Assembly: GCF_000025525.1 (NCBI RefSeq)
Contig: NC_013887.1
Span: 1,626,871-1,658,870, forward strand
Length of the DNA: 32,000 bases
Reading direction: 5' to 3'
Source: Methanocaldococcus sp. FS406-22
Lineage (GTDB): Archaea > AGJL01 > Methanococci > Methanococcales > Methanocaldococcaceae
Part shown: positions 9,671 to 18,395 of the stretch, in pieces
Position numbering within the stretch: position 1 is the stretch's first letter
Layout of the letters: each line of letters begins with the position of its first letter
Notes under the pieces: generated by a model
Told to the model about the DNA's origin: nothing
The model's input: the letters and a program-made list of their open reading frames with translations, nothing else
Databases searched by the model: none
Translations under genes and position numbers: made by a program

Positions 9671-9757
9671 AGTTATGGTAAAGTTATAAATAACTTATTA
9701 ACTATAATTATGATATTATTATTGCCGTCTAAATTATGGTAAAGAAGTGGGATAAAA

Positions 9758-10246
9758 ATGAGACGATTTAGAGTACTGGGAGGGGTTATGTTATTTGCTA
9801 TAGTTAGCTTGGTGGTGTGTGGTTGTATGATAATACTTCCAAAAAAATATCCTGACGTCCTATATAAAGAATATGATGTAATAAAGATCGAAAATAGGAC
9901 AATAAATGGTGTAAAAACAGCTATAGTATATCAAGTAAAGACAGAAATTGGAGCAAGGAGTAGTCCATATAGTTTAGATGCTGATAGCAAAAAAGATATT
10001 GGAGCAATAACATATTATGTTTTTAAGAATACAGATGTTGAGGAGGTGCAGATTATATGCTACTATGCAGGAGGGGGAGGGTTCCAACCCTACTACAAAT
10101 TTAAGATAAAGAGAAGGGATGCTGAATTGTCTGGACTTTTAAATGTTTCGGAAAAAGAACTACCTTCTGCAGTCTTATATTATATAGATAAGCTGATATC
10201 TTTAGGAGATATTTGGGTTAATAACAGGTTACCAGTAACAAAATAG
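9758..10246 (+). CDS. Small predicted lipoprotein, hypothetical
   Basis: 162 aa; MRRFRVLGGVMLFAIVSLVVCGC with lipobox-like VCGC. Confidence 0.7.
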   Translation: MRRFRVLGGVMLFAIVSLVVCGCMIILPKKYPDVLYKEYDVIKIENRTINGVKTAIVYQVKTEIGARSSPYSLDADSKKDIGAITYYVFKNTDVEEVQIICYYAGGGGFQPYYKFKIKRRDAELSGLLNVSEKELPSAVLYYIDKLISLGDIWVNNRLPVTK

Positions 10247-10249
10247 CCT

Positions 10250-10366
10250 TATAGTTTTTTGCAAAAGTTATTAAAACCATATTATATGGAAAATTGAACA
10301 TCTCCTATTTGGAGACATTCATAAGTTGTCATTATTCATTCCAAAATGTTCTGCAAAAAAACTATA
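10250..10366. repeat. MITE-like palindromic element related to 9565-9670
   Basis: tatagttttttgc at 10250-10262 and gcaaaaaaactata at 10353-10366 (one-base indel); inner tctcc-tattt-ggaga; shares ttattaaaa, tctcc, cattcat and attcca segments with 9565-9670. Confidence 0.8.
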
Positions 10367-10384
10367 ATAGTGGGGGAGGTAAAA

Positions 10385-10957
10385 ATGGTTCGTGTAGTTC
10401 CTTTAACTGATGAAGAAAAAATGAGTATCGTCTCTGGATTAAGAAGTTCAGTGCCTGCTACAAAGTTAGTGACATTGAGAAAGTTACAGGAGATTGCTGA
10501 AGTTAGACCAGAGGCAATCATATACTTGGATACTTATGATAAGGTAACGTTGAATGAAATTATTACGTTACTAAATCAGATAATCGAATACGACCCTGAT
10601 GAGATTCTAAGAAGAGAGGCAATGATAACTCTTGAAAAAGTTAAGAAAGCATTAGGTACTAAGTTTTCAACATTTGTTCCACTCTGTAATTCATGTAAAT
10701 CTCCAATTGACTTGGGGTGGAATTACTGTACTAACTGTGGGGCGGAAATTAAAAACATGACGTTTGAAGAGGAAATAGAGAGATGTAAAAACTGTAATAA
10801 TTACATTTCAGATTCTTGGAAATACTGTGCTCACTGTGGTGCAAAGTTAAAAGAAGAGGAAGAAGAGGTTTTAAGATGTCCAAACTGTAAGAGACCTGTA
10901 CAACCTGAGTGGATTATCTGTCCATATTGTGGTTATAGACTTAAAAGAAAGCCCTAA
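10385..10957 (+). CDS. Zinc-ribbon protein with a helical N-terminal domain
   Basis: Three CxxC...CxxC ribbons: CNSCKSP...CTNCG, CKNCNN...CAHCG, CPNCKR...CPYCG; RBS gggggagg before ATG at 10385. The ORF track start at 10346 falls inside the repeat element. Confidence 0.85.
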   Translation: MVRVVPLTDEEKMSIVSGLRSSVPATKLVTLRKLQEIAEVRPEAIIYLDTYDKVTLNEIITLLNQIIEYDPDEILRREAMITLEKVKKALGTKFSTFVPLCNSCKSPIDLGWNYCTNCGAEIKNMTFEEEIERCKNCNNYISDSWKYCAHCGAKLKEEEEEVLRCPNCKRPVQPEWIICPYCGYRLKRKP

Positions 10958-10960
10958 ATT

Positions 10961-11674
10961 CTAAATGTTTAATTTTCTCCTCACATTTTTCACAACTTTG
11001 CTATATAACGCTATATTATACTTACTTCCCAACTTCCCATAGTGCCATCTTGTTTTCCATGGATTTTTTAGTAAGTTGGATTTTGCTTTTATTAACTCTT
11101 CAGTTTTTATTTTTAATAAATTTAAGAACTCCTTTGGTGACAAATCATCTGGTTTTTCTATATTTAACTCGCTAAATTTTGTGTATGCATTTCCAACTTC
11201 CCATATAAAATGGGCGTCACTTCCAAAAGCCATTGCAAAATCATATTTTTCAGCATATTCTAAAGCTTTTAAGTTTGGTTCTATACTTCTACATCTACTA
11301 TTAAAAACTTCAACAATATGGACGTATTTTAAAAACTCCCTCTCTTCTAACACATTAAATTTTGCCAAACTCCTTCTCCTACTCATGTCAAAAGGATGTG
11401 GAAGGTAAATTAAAGCCCCCTGCTCTCTAACTCTATCTAACGCTTCATACAAATCTAAATTTGCTGGGATTTCTTCAGTTAGGAATAAACCAATAAACTC
11501 TCCGCTATTTGTTGCTATCTCCTCTCCAGGTATTGCAAAATCTAACTTAGTTAGTTTATTGTGGTCACAAATAGCTGGGATAATATTTCTCTTTATACAC
11601 AATTTTTCTAAAAGACCTCTTGGATTTAAAGAGCACTTACTCACTATAGAATGCATATGCAAATCTACTTTCAT
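10961..11674 (-). CDS. PHP-domain phosphoesterase-like protein
   Basis: MKVDLHMHSIVSKCSLNPRG, ICDHNKL, YLPHPFD, GSDAHFIWEVG are PHP metal-binding motifs. Confidence 0.88.
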   Translation of the reverse strand: MKVDLHMHSIVSKCSLNPRGLLEKLCIKRNIIPAICDHNKLTKLDFAIPGEEIATNSGEFIGLFLTEEIPANLDLYEALDRVREQGALIYLPHPFDMSRRRSLAKFNVLEEREFLKYVHIVEVFNSRCRSIEPNLKALEYAEKYDFAMAFGSDAHFIWEVGNAYTKFSELNIEKPDDLSPKEFLNLLKIKTEELIKAKSNLLKNPWKTRWHYGKLGSKYNIALYSKVVKNVRRKLNI

Positions 11675-11775
11675 TGATGTCCCCAATGTATTTTATAATA
11701 AAGTTTTTAATAATAATAACTCAACATGACTTATAAAAATTTAATCATGACTTAAAACTAAATTATAGCTATTAT

Positions 11776-13434
11776 TTAATAATCAAAAAACTCAAAACCG
11801 GCAACTGTAAATAAAAATACTGACGTTAAGAGATATCTCTCTTCCTGAGCAACCCAAAATAAGGGCATAATTAAAAATACTACTGCAAGGGTTAGGATAT
11901 AATATTTAAATGAACTGTTTTTAATGATTTTTTCTCTTTTAATGATAAAAAGTGTTAATAATACAGTTATTGGGAAAGCAATGTCCATTAAAAATTTGGG
12001 TAGATAAAATATAACATTTTTAATAAAAATATCTAATGAAATTCCTCCTTTTGTAGAAATCTCACCAACATAGCCATATATTTCTCCTCCACTTATAAAA
12101 AGCAAAGTAAGATACAACACAATCGATAACATTAAATATAATAATGACTGCTTATTTTTTTGATAAAAAGCATATATTAAAGGAATAGCTAAAGAATGAA
12201 CTCTAACCAAAGCTGAAATTGAAGTCAATAGAGATAATATAATGATTTCTAAATTTTTGCCTTTGAAATTTTTTAAAATATGCAAGATTATCATTAAAAA
12301 TGTTAAAAATGTTAATTCAGTGGAAAACATTAAAATATATTTTTTGAATAATGGAATTCCTAAGAGTATTAACATCACAATCAATCCTAAAAACTTCCTT
12401 TTGAAATAAAGAAATATAAATCCAACCATGATAAAGAACATATAGATTTGATAAAACACAATGCTTTCCAAAGATGGTTTAAAAATATGAAACCAAACAT
12501 ATAAACAATAAGAAAGACCACAAAAGCTTCTTCCAGAGATTATCGTTTCATAATGTCCTAAATATAGGAGAGATAATGCCCCATCCAAATAAACAAATAG
12601 TGCATCCCAAACAATACCAAAGTCATACTTATGCCAAAAAATCCATAATGCAGAGATAATTAACGCAACTATATAATAAGGGCTTCTAATATAATAGTAA
12701 AATATTGCAGAAGTAATCAACAAAATTATAAAGAATAAGAGTAAATCATTAAATTCGTAAGTTATATGTTTTGCAAATAGTCTCCCAATAGTGCTAGGCA
12801 AATTCTCATCACTGCCAGTTATATAGAGAGTGTTATTATAATAAATAACTGCTGGACAAAAAGAGACAATATATGGCAGTTTAATATTCCAATTATCCCT
12901 CATTTGTGGATTGTTATTAATATTTCCAACATAAATGACTGTTTTATTTCCATGATGGTCTTTTTTTAAAGAATAATATATAAATTTAGACCATTTTTTT
13001 GATATTGGGCTATTTCCTTCAATTATTATCCAGTTTCTTTTTTCAATTATTGTTTTTAATATTAACTCCTTTGATGGGTAGAATATTAAATTTCCACTAC
13101 AATTAATATTATAGAAATTGGATAACACCAAATAGGCGGTTTCAACCCTATCCTTTCCAGCAAATCTTTTATAATTTCCAATATTAAAACATTCAGGAAC
13201 TGAATATTTTCCACCAATAATGATTATTTCTGTTGCGTTCAGATTTTTTAATTCATTAACATATTTTTCATCTGTTGAACCCCAAGGAATTATAAATGGT
13301 GTTGCATTCAAATGTTCAGAAAGTTGATAAACTAGTGTTTTATCTTGGTCAGAGCCAACAACAACAGTTTGTGCAGAAGAATGGTTTATTATTAATGTAA
13401 GGATAATGAAAAATAATATTAAGGGTTTTTTCAT
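11776..13434 (-). CDS. Multispanning membrane protein with an N-terminal extracellular CWB2-like domain
   Basis: 552 aa; signal peptide; EIIIIGGKYSVP...RFAGKDRVETAYLVLSNF resembles cell wall binding repeat 2; then multiple hydrophobic helices. Confidence 0.6.
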   Translation of the reverse strand: MKKPLILFFIILTLIINHSSAQTVVVGSDQDKTLVYQLSEHLNATPFIIPWGSTDEKYVNELKNLNATEIIIIGGKYSVPECFNIGNYKRFAGKDRVETAYLVLSNFYNINCSGNLIFYPSKELILKTIIEKRNWIIIEGNSPISKKWSKFIYYSLKKDHHGNKTVIYVGNINNNPQMRDNWNIKLPYIVSFCPAVIYYNNTLYITGSDENLPSTIGRLFAKHITYEFNDLLLFFIILLITSAIFYYYIRSPYYIVALIISALWIFWHKYDFGIVWDALFVYLDGALSLLYLGHYETIISGRSFCGLSYCLYVWFHIFKPSLESIVFYQIYMFFIMVGFIFLYFKRKFLGLIVMLILLGIPLFKKYILMFSTELTFLTFLMIILHILKNFKGKNLEIIILSLLTSISALVRVHSLAIPLIYAFYQKNKQSLLYLMLSIVLYLTLLFISGGEIYGYVGEISTKGGISLDIFIKNVIFYLPKFLMDIAFPITVLLTLFIIKREKIIKNSSFKYYILTLAVVFLIMPLFWVAQEERYLLTSVFLFTVAGFEFFDY

Positions 13435-13435
13435 T

Positions 13436-15865
13436 TTACCACTCTTTGCTTAAATAATCATTTTTAATTAGTTCTTTTATTTTATCTAAGGCCTTCTCTT
13501 CACCATACATATAGCTATATACTTCATAAATATCCAATAAAGCCGCTAATGGTTTAATTTCATCTAAAGAATTATATTGACTAACTATTTTTTCTTCTTC
13601 TTTCGCTTTTTCTTTTAATCCTAATATATAGTAAATAAACATAATCTTCGCATAGGTAGCTTTTGAGTATTTATACTTATATTCGTCTTTTAAATAGCCG
13701 TTATCTCCTTCATAATCAATAATATACTCAGCTGATTTATTTATTGCTTCTAAAACCCTTGTGTCATTAGATAGTTTGTAATAGGCTCCTAAGCTATAAG
13801 CTACTTGAATAGTGTCAGATATTGACCTTCCCCATTTTCCATCTTGTTTTTGCTCTTTTAAAACGTAATTGATGTAATCGTTAAGCTGACTCCTATTTAT
13901 TAAATTTAACTCATAGAGGTAAGGAATTAAAGAAGCTACTTCAACTACGTCTTCTTCTTTATTGGTTGTTATGTTATAATCTATCTCTGAAACTTCCTTT
14001 TTTATATAGGATATAGCTTTATTCTTATTTTTGAAATTCATGTTTATTATCGGCTCAAGAACTCTTACAGTTGTTAATACGTCTTCTTTTGGAGGAATTC
14101 CAGTTACATAAGCACCATCCTTCATCTCTTTATATGCCAACCATTTTAGTAAATAATCCCTTCTCTCTTTAAATCTTGAATCATTTGTTTTCTTGTAATA
14201 CATATCATAAATCTTACAAATCTTTGCATTTAATACGAAGTCTGCTTTGTATCCTTCATCAAAGTCAGCGTAGTTATACCCTGTCCAGAATTTTTCAAGG
14301 TAATTTACTAGAGGGTCGTTATATCTTATTTCACCTTTATTTTTTGGCTCTAAGGTTGCATTTGGGATATATTTATAGATTTCAGAATTTCCATTAGCAA
14401 ATAGTAATTTAAAGTGAGTGTCATAAGCGACATACTCCGAAAGTCCATGCTTTATTATTCCATAGTTTCTTATTGTCTTATCTAAATAGACATATGAGAC
14501 ATTGTACTTCTTTAGTAAATAATAAGTTCTCTCCTTATCGACTTCTCCAAACATTGCAACCAAGTCAGAATATGCCATCATTACATCTCTCAAACTTGGT
14601 GGTTTTCCCATAAAGCCTTGATAAACCTTCATCCAAGTTAATATATCCCTTCTATGAGTGTTTCCTATGAGTAGATATCCTGTAGTCCACCAAGTTAGAA
14701 ATACTGAATTTTCAGGAGTATTTTTCTTAATCCAATCAAATGCTTCTTTATCTTTTACTGTTGGTGGCTTTATGAATAGATACGCTCCAGATACACCTTG
14801 AGTAGTAGAAACCAAGATAAAAATCGACAATAGTATTGCATATATTTTCTTTTTATTTATTTTAAATTTAAGTTTTAGGTTATTTAAGCTCAGTTTTATT
14901 TTTTCTACCCATCCTGGGAGATTCATATAGATATATTCAGAGGCCATTATTGATAATGGAAAGGTTGCATAAGGGTCTCTAAATCTAAATGAAAAACTAC
15001 CTATTGTCAAAAATGCCAAAGCCCATAGTGCAATACCTTTTTTTAGGTTATCTCCTCTTAAATACATATTAAGTGCTAAAAATCCAAATATTAGTTGAAC
15101 AACTCCTATCCATTTAAAGTATCCTAATAAACTAACTTCAGATTTAGGGATTCTACTTATTGCGTTAGATATCATTCCACCATCTACAAAGAATAATGCC
15201 ACTATTCCAAATAAGAAAACCCCCATCAAAATTAACATATACTTCGTATATCTTCTTGTGTATTCATACAAATAAGGGAGTGACATAAAGAATCCTGCCA
15301 ATACAAACATTACCCATCCTCTATGGGTTACCATATAGATTGGTAGTAAAATTATTAGTAATCCCAAATACTTCCAATTCTTTGATTTTAAAAACCTTGT
15401 AAATGTAAACATAGATAGGGTAAATAACAACAATCCTAAATTTTCAGGAATGTAGAGAGAACTTCTATATATAAAATTTGGAGCAAATGCAAAGAATAGT
15501 GTTGAAAGTAAGGCCACTTTTTCATTACTTACAACTTCCTTTGCAAAGTAATAATAAACCAATACTGTTAAAGTCCCAATAATTGCAGGTAAAATAAAAA
15601 AGACATAATCACTTGGAAATAGCTTATAACATAAAGCTCCAATAATATGAAACATTGGTGGATAGCTATAAGCTTTCAATCCAAGTAGGGAATATATATC
15701 TTTTGATATTACACCAAACCCCTCATTAACTATCCTCAGCGTTATATCTCTATGTAAATACTCATCATAAGTAGCTAGGATTAGATTTCTGTGGGGGATT
15801 AATCTAACTATGAATGAAATTATTAATAGTAGAATGAGAAATATTTTTTCAGATTTTGAGCTCAT
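13436..15865 (-). CDS. STT3/AglB-like membrane glycosyltransferase homologue with a variant WWTTG motif
   Basis: 809 aa; IVRLIPHRNLILATYDEYLHRDI, multiple TM helices, then NSVFLTWWTTGYLLIGNTHRR where AglB/Stt3 proteins carry WWDYG; RBS ggtgat. Confidence 0.65.
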   Translation of the reverse strand: MSSKSEKIFLILLLIISFIVRLIPHRNLILATYDEYLHRDITLRIVNEGFGVISKDIYSLLGLKAYSYPPMFHIIGALCYKLFPSDYVFFILPAIIGTLTVLVYYYFAKEVVSNEKVALLSTLFFAFAPNFIYRSSLYIPENLGLLLFTLSMFTFTRFLKSKNWKYLGLLIILLPIYMVTHRGWVMFVLAGFFMSLPYLYEYTRRYTKYMLILMGVFLFGIVALFFVDGGMISNAISRIPKSEVSLLGYFKWIGVVQLIFGFLALNMYLRGDNLKKGIALWALAFLTIGSFSFRFRDPYATFPLSIMASEYIYMNLPGWVEKIKLSLNNLKLKFKINKKKIYAILLSIFILVSTTQGVSGAYLFIKPPTVKDKEAFDWIKKNTPENSVFLTWWTTGYLLIGNTHRRDILTWMKVYQGFMGKPPSLRDVMMAYSDLVAMFGEVDKERTYYLLKKYNVSYVYLDKTIRNYGIIKHGLSEYVAYDTHFKLLFANGNSEIYKYIPNATLEPKNKGEIRYNDPLVNYLEKFWTGYNYADFDEGYKADFVLNAKICKIYDMYYKKTNDSRFKERRDYLLKWLAYKEMKDGAYVTGIPPKEDVLTTVRVLEPIINMNFKNKNKAISYIKKEVSEIDYNITTNKEEDVVEVASLIPYLYELNLINRSQLNDYINYVLKEQKQDGKWGRSISDTIQVAYSLGAYYKLSNDTRVLEAINKSAEYIIDYEGDNGYLKDEYKYKYSKATYAKIMFIYYILGLKEKAKEEEKIVSQYNSLDEIKPLAALLDIYEVYSYMYGEEKALDKIKELIKNDYLSKEW

Positions 15866-15901
15866 TTTATCACCTTAAAAGTTATTTATTAAGTGATAGC
15901 A

Positions 15902-17011
15902 ATGGAAGCAATAAAATTAATAAAGAAGTTGGATGTATTTCATCCAATTGTTATTATTATTATTGGACATTTGGCAATTTTTATTCTGTCTCTACCATAT
16001 TTACATAATTTTAAATTATCTTTGTTATTAAAAATAATCGCAATTACTTTATTATATATCTCTGCATACTCACTTCCATTTGTATTTAATTTTAACTTCA
16101 AAGATTGTAAAATGTTGAGTTATTTAGCATTATTTTTATCATCATCTCTTGCATTATTTGGGGCTTTTAAGGTAACTGGCTCTCTAATTTTTGCAGTAAT
16201 TTATTGGTTATTTATCATAGCTGTTGTAGAGGTTTTTATCAGATATTATAATAAAAAGGTATTTACAGACTTTTTGTTTGTTGTTGGTATTTTATCATTT
16301 ATTTTGATTCTGTTGAAATATGGAGCGATACCTATATTAGATTATGATGTGAGAATGAAAATTAATTCAGAGCCGTTGAGATTAATAGCTACAGGAGCTT
16401 TAATTTATGCAAGCATTGAGAATAAAATTTATTTTATAGTGGCGTTTATACTGCTAATCTTACTTGGATATAAAGCGGGCGTATTAATGCTATTTATTGC
16501 ATACTTTGTTTATAGGAGGAGATCTTTAAAACATCTTATATTTTATTATATCGGATTACTAATTTTCTTAGGGATTATGGGAAAAATTATTCTGCTGTCA
16601 TCCAATCAAAACTGGAATTTAAATCCAATAGAACTTTTATGTTATAGGGCTTATTTTGATTTGTATGTTCTTAGCAAGATTATTGAAAGCAATATATTGA
16701 CCCTTGGGAAAATTACCCTAACTCCTAATGGAGAGCACCTTATAGGCGAGCTACTTTTTAGGTATCCTCATAATATTACAACAACTTTATTTGGAACGAT
16801 ATATCTTGATTTTGGGATTTTTGGAATCTTGTTTGCTATACTATTGGGAGCTGTATCAAAATTTATATATGAGGGTGATAAAAAGCTCTATGCAATATAT
16901 GCCTCTTTATTGTTAGCTTATTGTGATATAGGCATAAACTACGGATTTTTAATAGTTTTATCTTTATTATTTTATATAAATGCAAAGTTAAAAACACTTA
17001 AAGAGGGATAA
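15902..17011 (+). CDS. Multispanning membrane protein, possibly an oligosaccharide-repeat polymerase type
   Basis: About 369 aa with about 10 or more hydrophobic segments; a likely start is the ATG at 15902. Confidence 0.5.
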   Translation: MEAIKLIKKLDVFHPIVIIIIGHLAIFILSLPYLHNFKLSLLLKIIAITLLYISAYSLPFVFNFNFKDCKMLSYLALFLSSSLALFGAFKVTGSLIFAVIYWLFIIAVVEVFIRYYNKKVFTDFLFVVGILSFILILLKYGAIPILDYDVRMKINSEPLRLIATGALIYASIENKIYFIVAFILLILLGYKAGVLMLFIAYFVYRRRSLKHLIFYYIGLLIFLGIMGKIILLSSNQNWNLNPIELLCYRAYFDLYVLSKIIESNILTLGKITLTPNGEHLIGELLFRYPHNITTTLFGTIYLDFGIFGILFAILLGAVSKFIYEGDKKLYAIYASLLLAYCDIGINYGFLIVLSLLFYINAKLKTLKEG

Positions 17012-17013
17012 AC

Positions 17014-18069
17014 ATGAAGTTTATAATAAAAACTCAAAAAGGTTTTGAAAACATTGTTGTAAATAATCTAAAAGAAATTATTGATAATTTTAATTATATC
17101 GTTTCTCCTGATGGTTATCAAGGGATTGTTATAGTTGAAAGCGATGAAGATATAGAAGATAAAATCTTGGAGATTCCTGAAGTTGAGAGGGTTTTAAAAG
17201 TTTATTTTGAGACAGAGACGGATTTTGATAAAATAGTTAATTTAGCTGAGAAGATTAAAGATTATATAAAAGAAGATGAAACTTTTGCTGTTGAAACTAA
17301 AAAAAGAGGAAAACATGATTTTAGCTCAACAGATATAAACATTGTGTTGGGAGCTAAGATTAAAGATTTAACAAATGCTTCAGTTGATTTAAACAATCCA
17401 GATAAGGTTGTTCATGTTGAGGTATTTAAGAATAAAACTTATGTATCAATAACTTCTGGAGAAAAATTCAAAAAATACACTAAAGAGAAGAGAAATGCAA
17501 GGGAGTTATTTAAAAAAGTTGTCATTGTGCAAATGCCATATTTAGGGGAGAAAATTGTCTGTAAAAGGTTTGGAGAGGCAATTGGAAGAGCAGCTCAGGG
17601 ATTTGAAGTTAAAGAGCTGATTATAGCACCAAAAGAAAAAGTTGATGCCTATGAGTTGATGGAGTTTATTAAAGGGGTTAAAATTGGGCAACATTCAAGA
17701 TATGAGATTCAAAAGAGGGCATATCCATTCGAGATTAAGTTAGTTCCAGTGACTGTTCAAGATTTATATCAGGTTGTTAGAGATAAGAGAAGAGATAATA
17801 GGTTGCTAATAATTACCGACCCAAAAGGAGATGAGTTATCAAAAATTAAGGATAAGTTAGCTTATGACTTAAGAAAAAAGAGAGAAATTATTGTATTTTG
17901 TGGTTCAAGGGAAGGTATTCCAAGGGGATTGTTTAGATTTGCAGATTATATAGTAGATTTAGCTCCTCATATGACCTTTGCTACTGAACATGCCATTCCT
18001 GCTGCTTTAATTGCACTATGGGGAGTTTATAGCCAATCTTCAAATCATGAAGATTTGAATAATGAATAG
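17014..18069 (+). CDS. THUMP-domain protein with a C-terminal SPOUT-like domain (COG1818-like)
   Basis: 351 aa; THUMP-like FAVETKKRGKHDFSSTDINIVLGAKIKD; C-terminal IIVFCGSREGIPRGLFRFADYIVDLAPHMTFATEHAIPAALIAL knot-like segment. Confidence 0.75.
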   Translation: MKFIIKTQKGFENIVVNNLKEIIDNFNYIVSPDGYQGIVIVESDEDIEDKILEIPEVERVLKVYFETETDFDKIVNLAEKIKDYIKEDETFAVETKKRGKHDFSSTDINIVLGAKIKDLTNASVDLNNPDKVVHVEVFKNKTYVSITSGEKFKKYTKEKRNARELFKKVVIVQMPYLGEKIVCKRFGEAIGRAAQGFEVKELIIAPKEKVDAYELMEFIKGVKIGQHSRYEIQKRAYPFEIKLVPVTVQDLYQVVRDKRRDNRLLIITDPKGDELSKIKDKLAYDLRKKREIIVFCGSREGIPRGLFRFADYIVDLAPHMTFATEHAIPAALIALWGVYSQSSNHEDLNNE

Positions 18070-18070
18070 A

Positions 18071-18095
18071 TATAGAAGCCCTTTGGGCTTCTATA
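18071..18095. terminator. Perfect 11-bp hairpin directly after a stop codon
   Basis: tatagaagccc-ttt-gggcttctata, beginning 1 nt after the stop of the THUMP gene. Confidence 0.55.
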
Positions 18096-18234
18096 AATAC
18101 CTTTAAATGACATAAACATTTGAAAATTGACTAATAGTGGAGAAGACTCAGAAAATAGCTCTGAAGAAGAAAAAACAGAACTTAACTCAAATGATGAAGA
18201 GCTTTAATCTTTAAATTTTATTTTGATAGTTTGC

Positions 18235-18258
18235 ACTGCACCCACTATGGGGTGCAGT
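18235..18258. repeat. Perfect 9-bp hairpin actgcaccc/gggtgcagt
   Basis: Stems 18235-18243 and 18250-18258, loop of 6 nt. Confidence 0.8.
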
Positions 18259-18268
18259 AAATATATAC

Positions 18269-18292
18269 ACCCTACCTACTTTGAGGTAGGGT
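18269..18292. repeat. Perfect 9-bp hairpin accctacct/aggtagggt
   Basis: Stems 18269-18277 and 18284-18292, loop of 6 nt. Confidence 0.8.
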
Positions 18293-18395
18293 TTAAAAAA
18301 CAGTGATTAACTATCTTCATTTATCAATTTTTTATCTTATTTAAAATTTTTGGTTATAGCTCATAAAAATTTTTAATTGGACACTTCAGAATTAT

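Noticed and set aside
10336-10521. Antisense 61-aa ORF over the zinc-ribbon gene start
   Set aside because: No RBS or motif; conflicts with the well-supported CDS at 10385.
11076-11408. Antisense 110-aa ORF in the PHP gene
   Set aside because: Antisense to PHP motifs; composition of a shadow ORF.
11726-11760. Direct repeat of catgactta near the PHP gene promoter
   Set aside because: Only 9 bp in very AT-rich sequence; could easily be chance.
14176-14397. Antisense 73-aa ORF in the STT3-like gene
   Set aside because: Shadow ORF, no motif.
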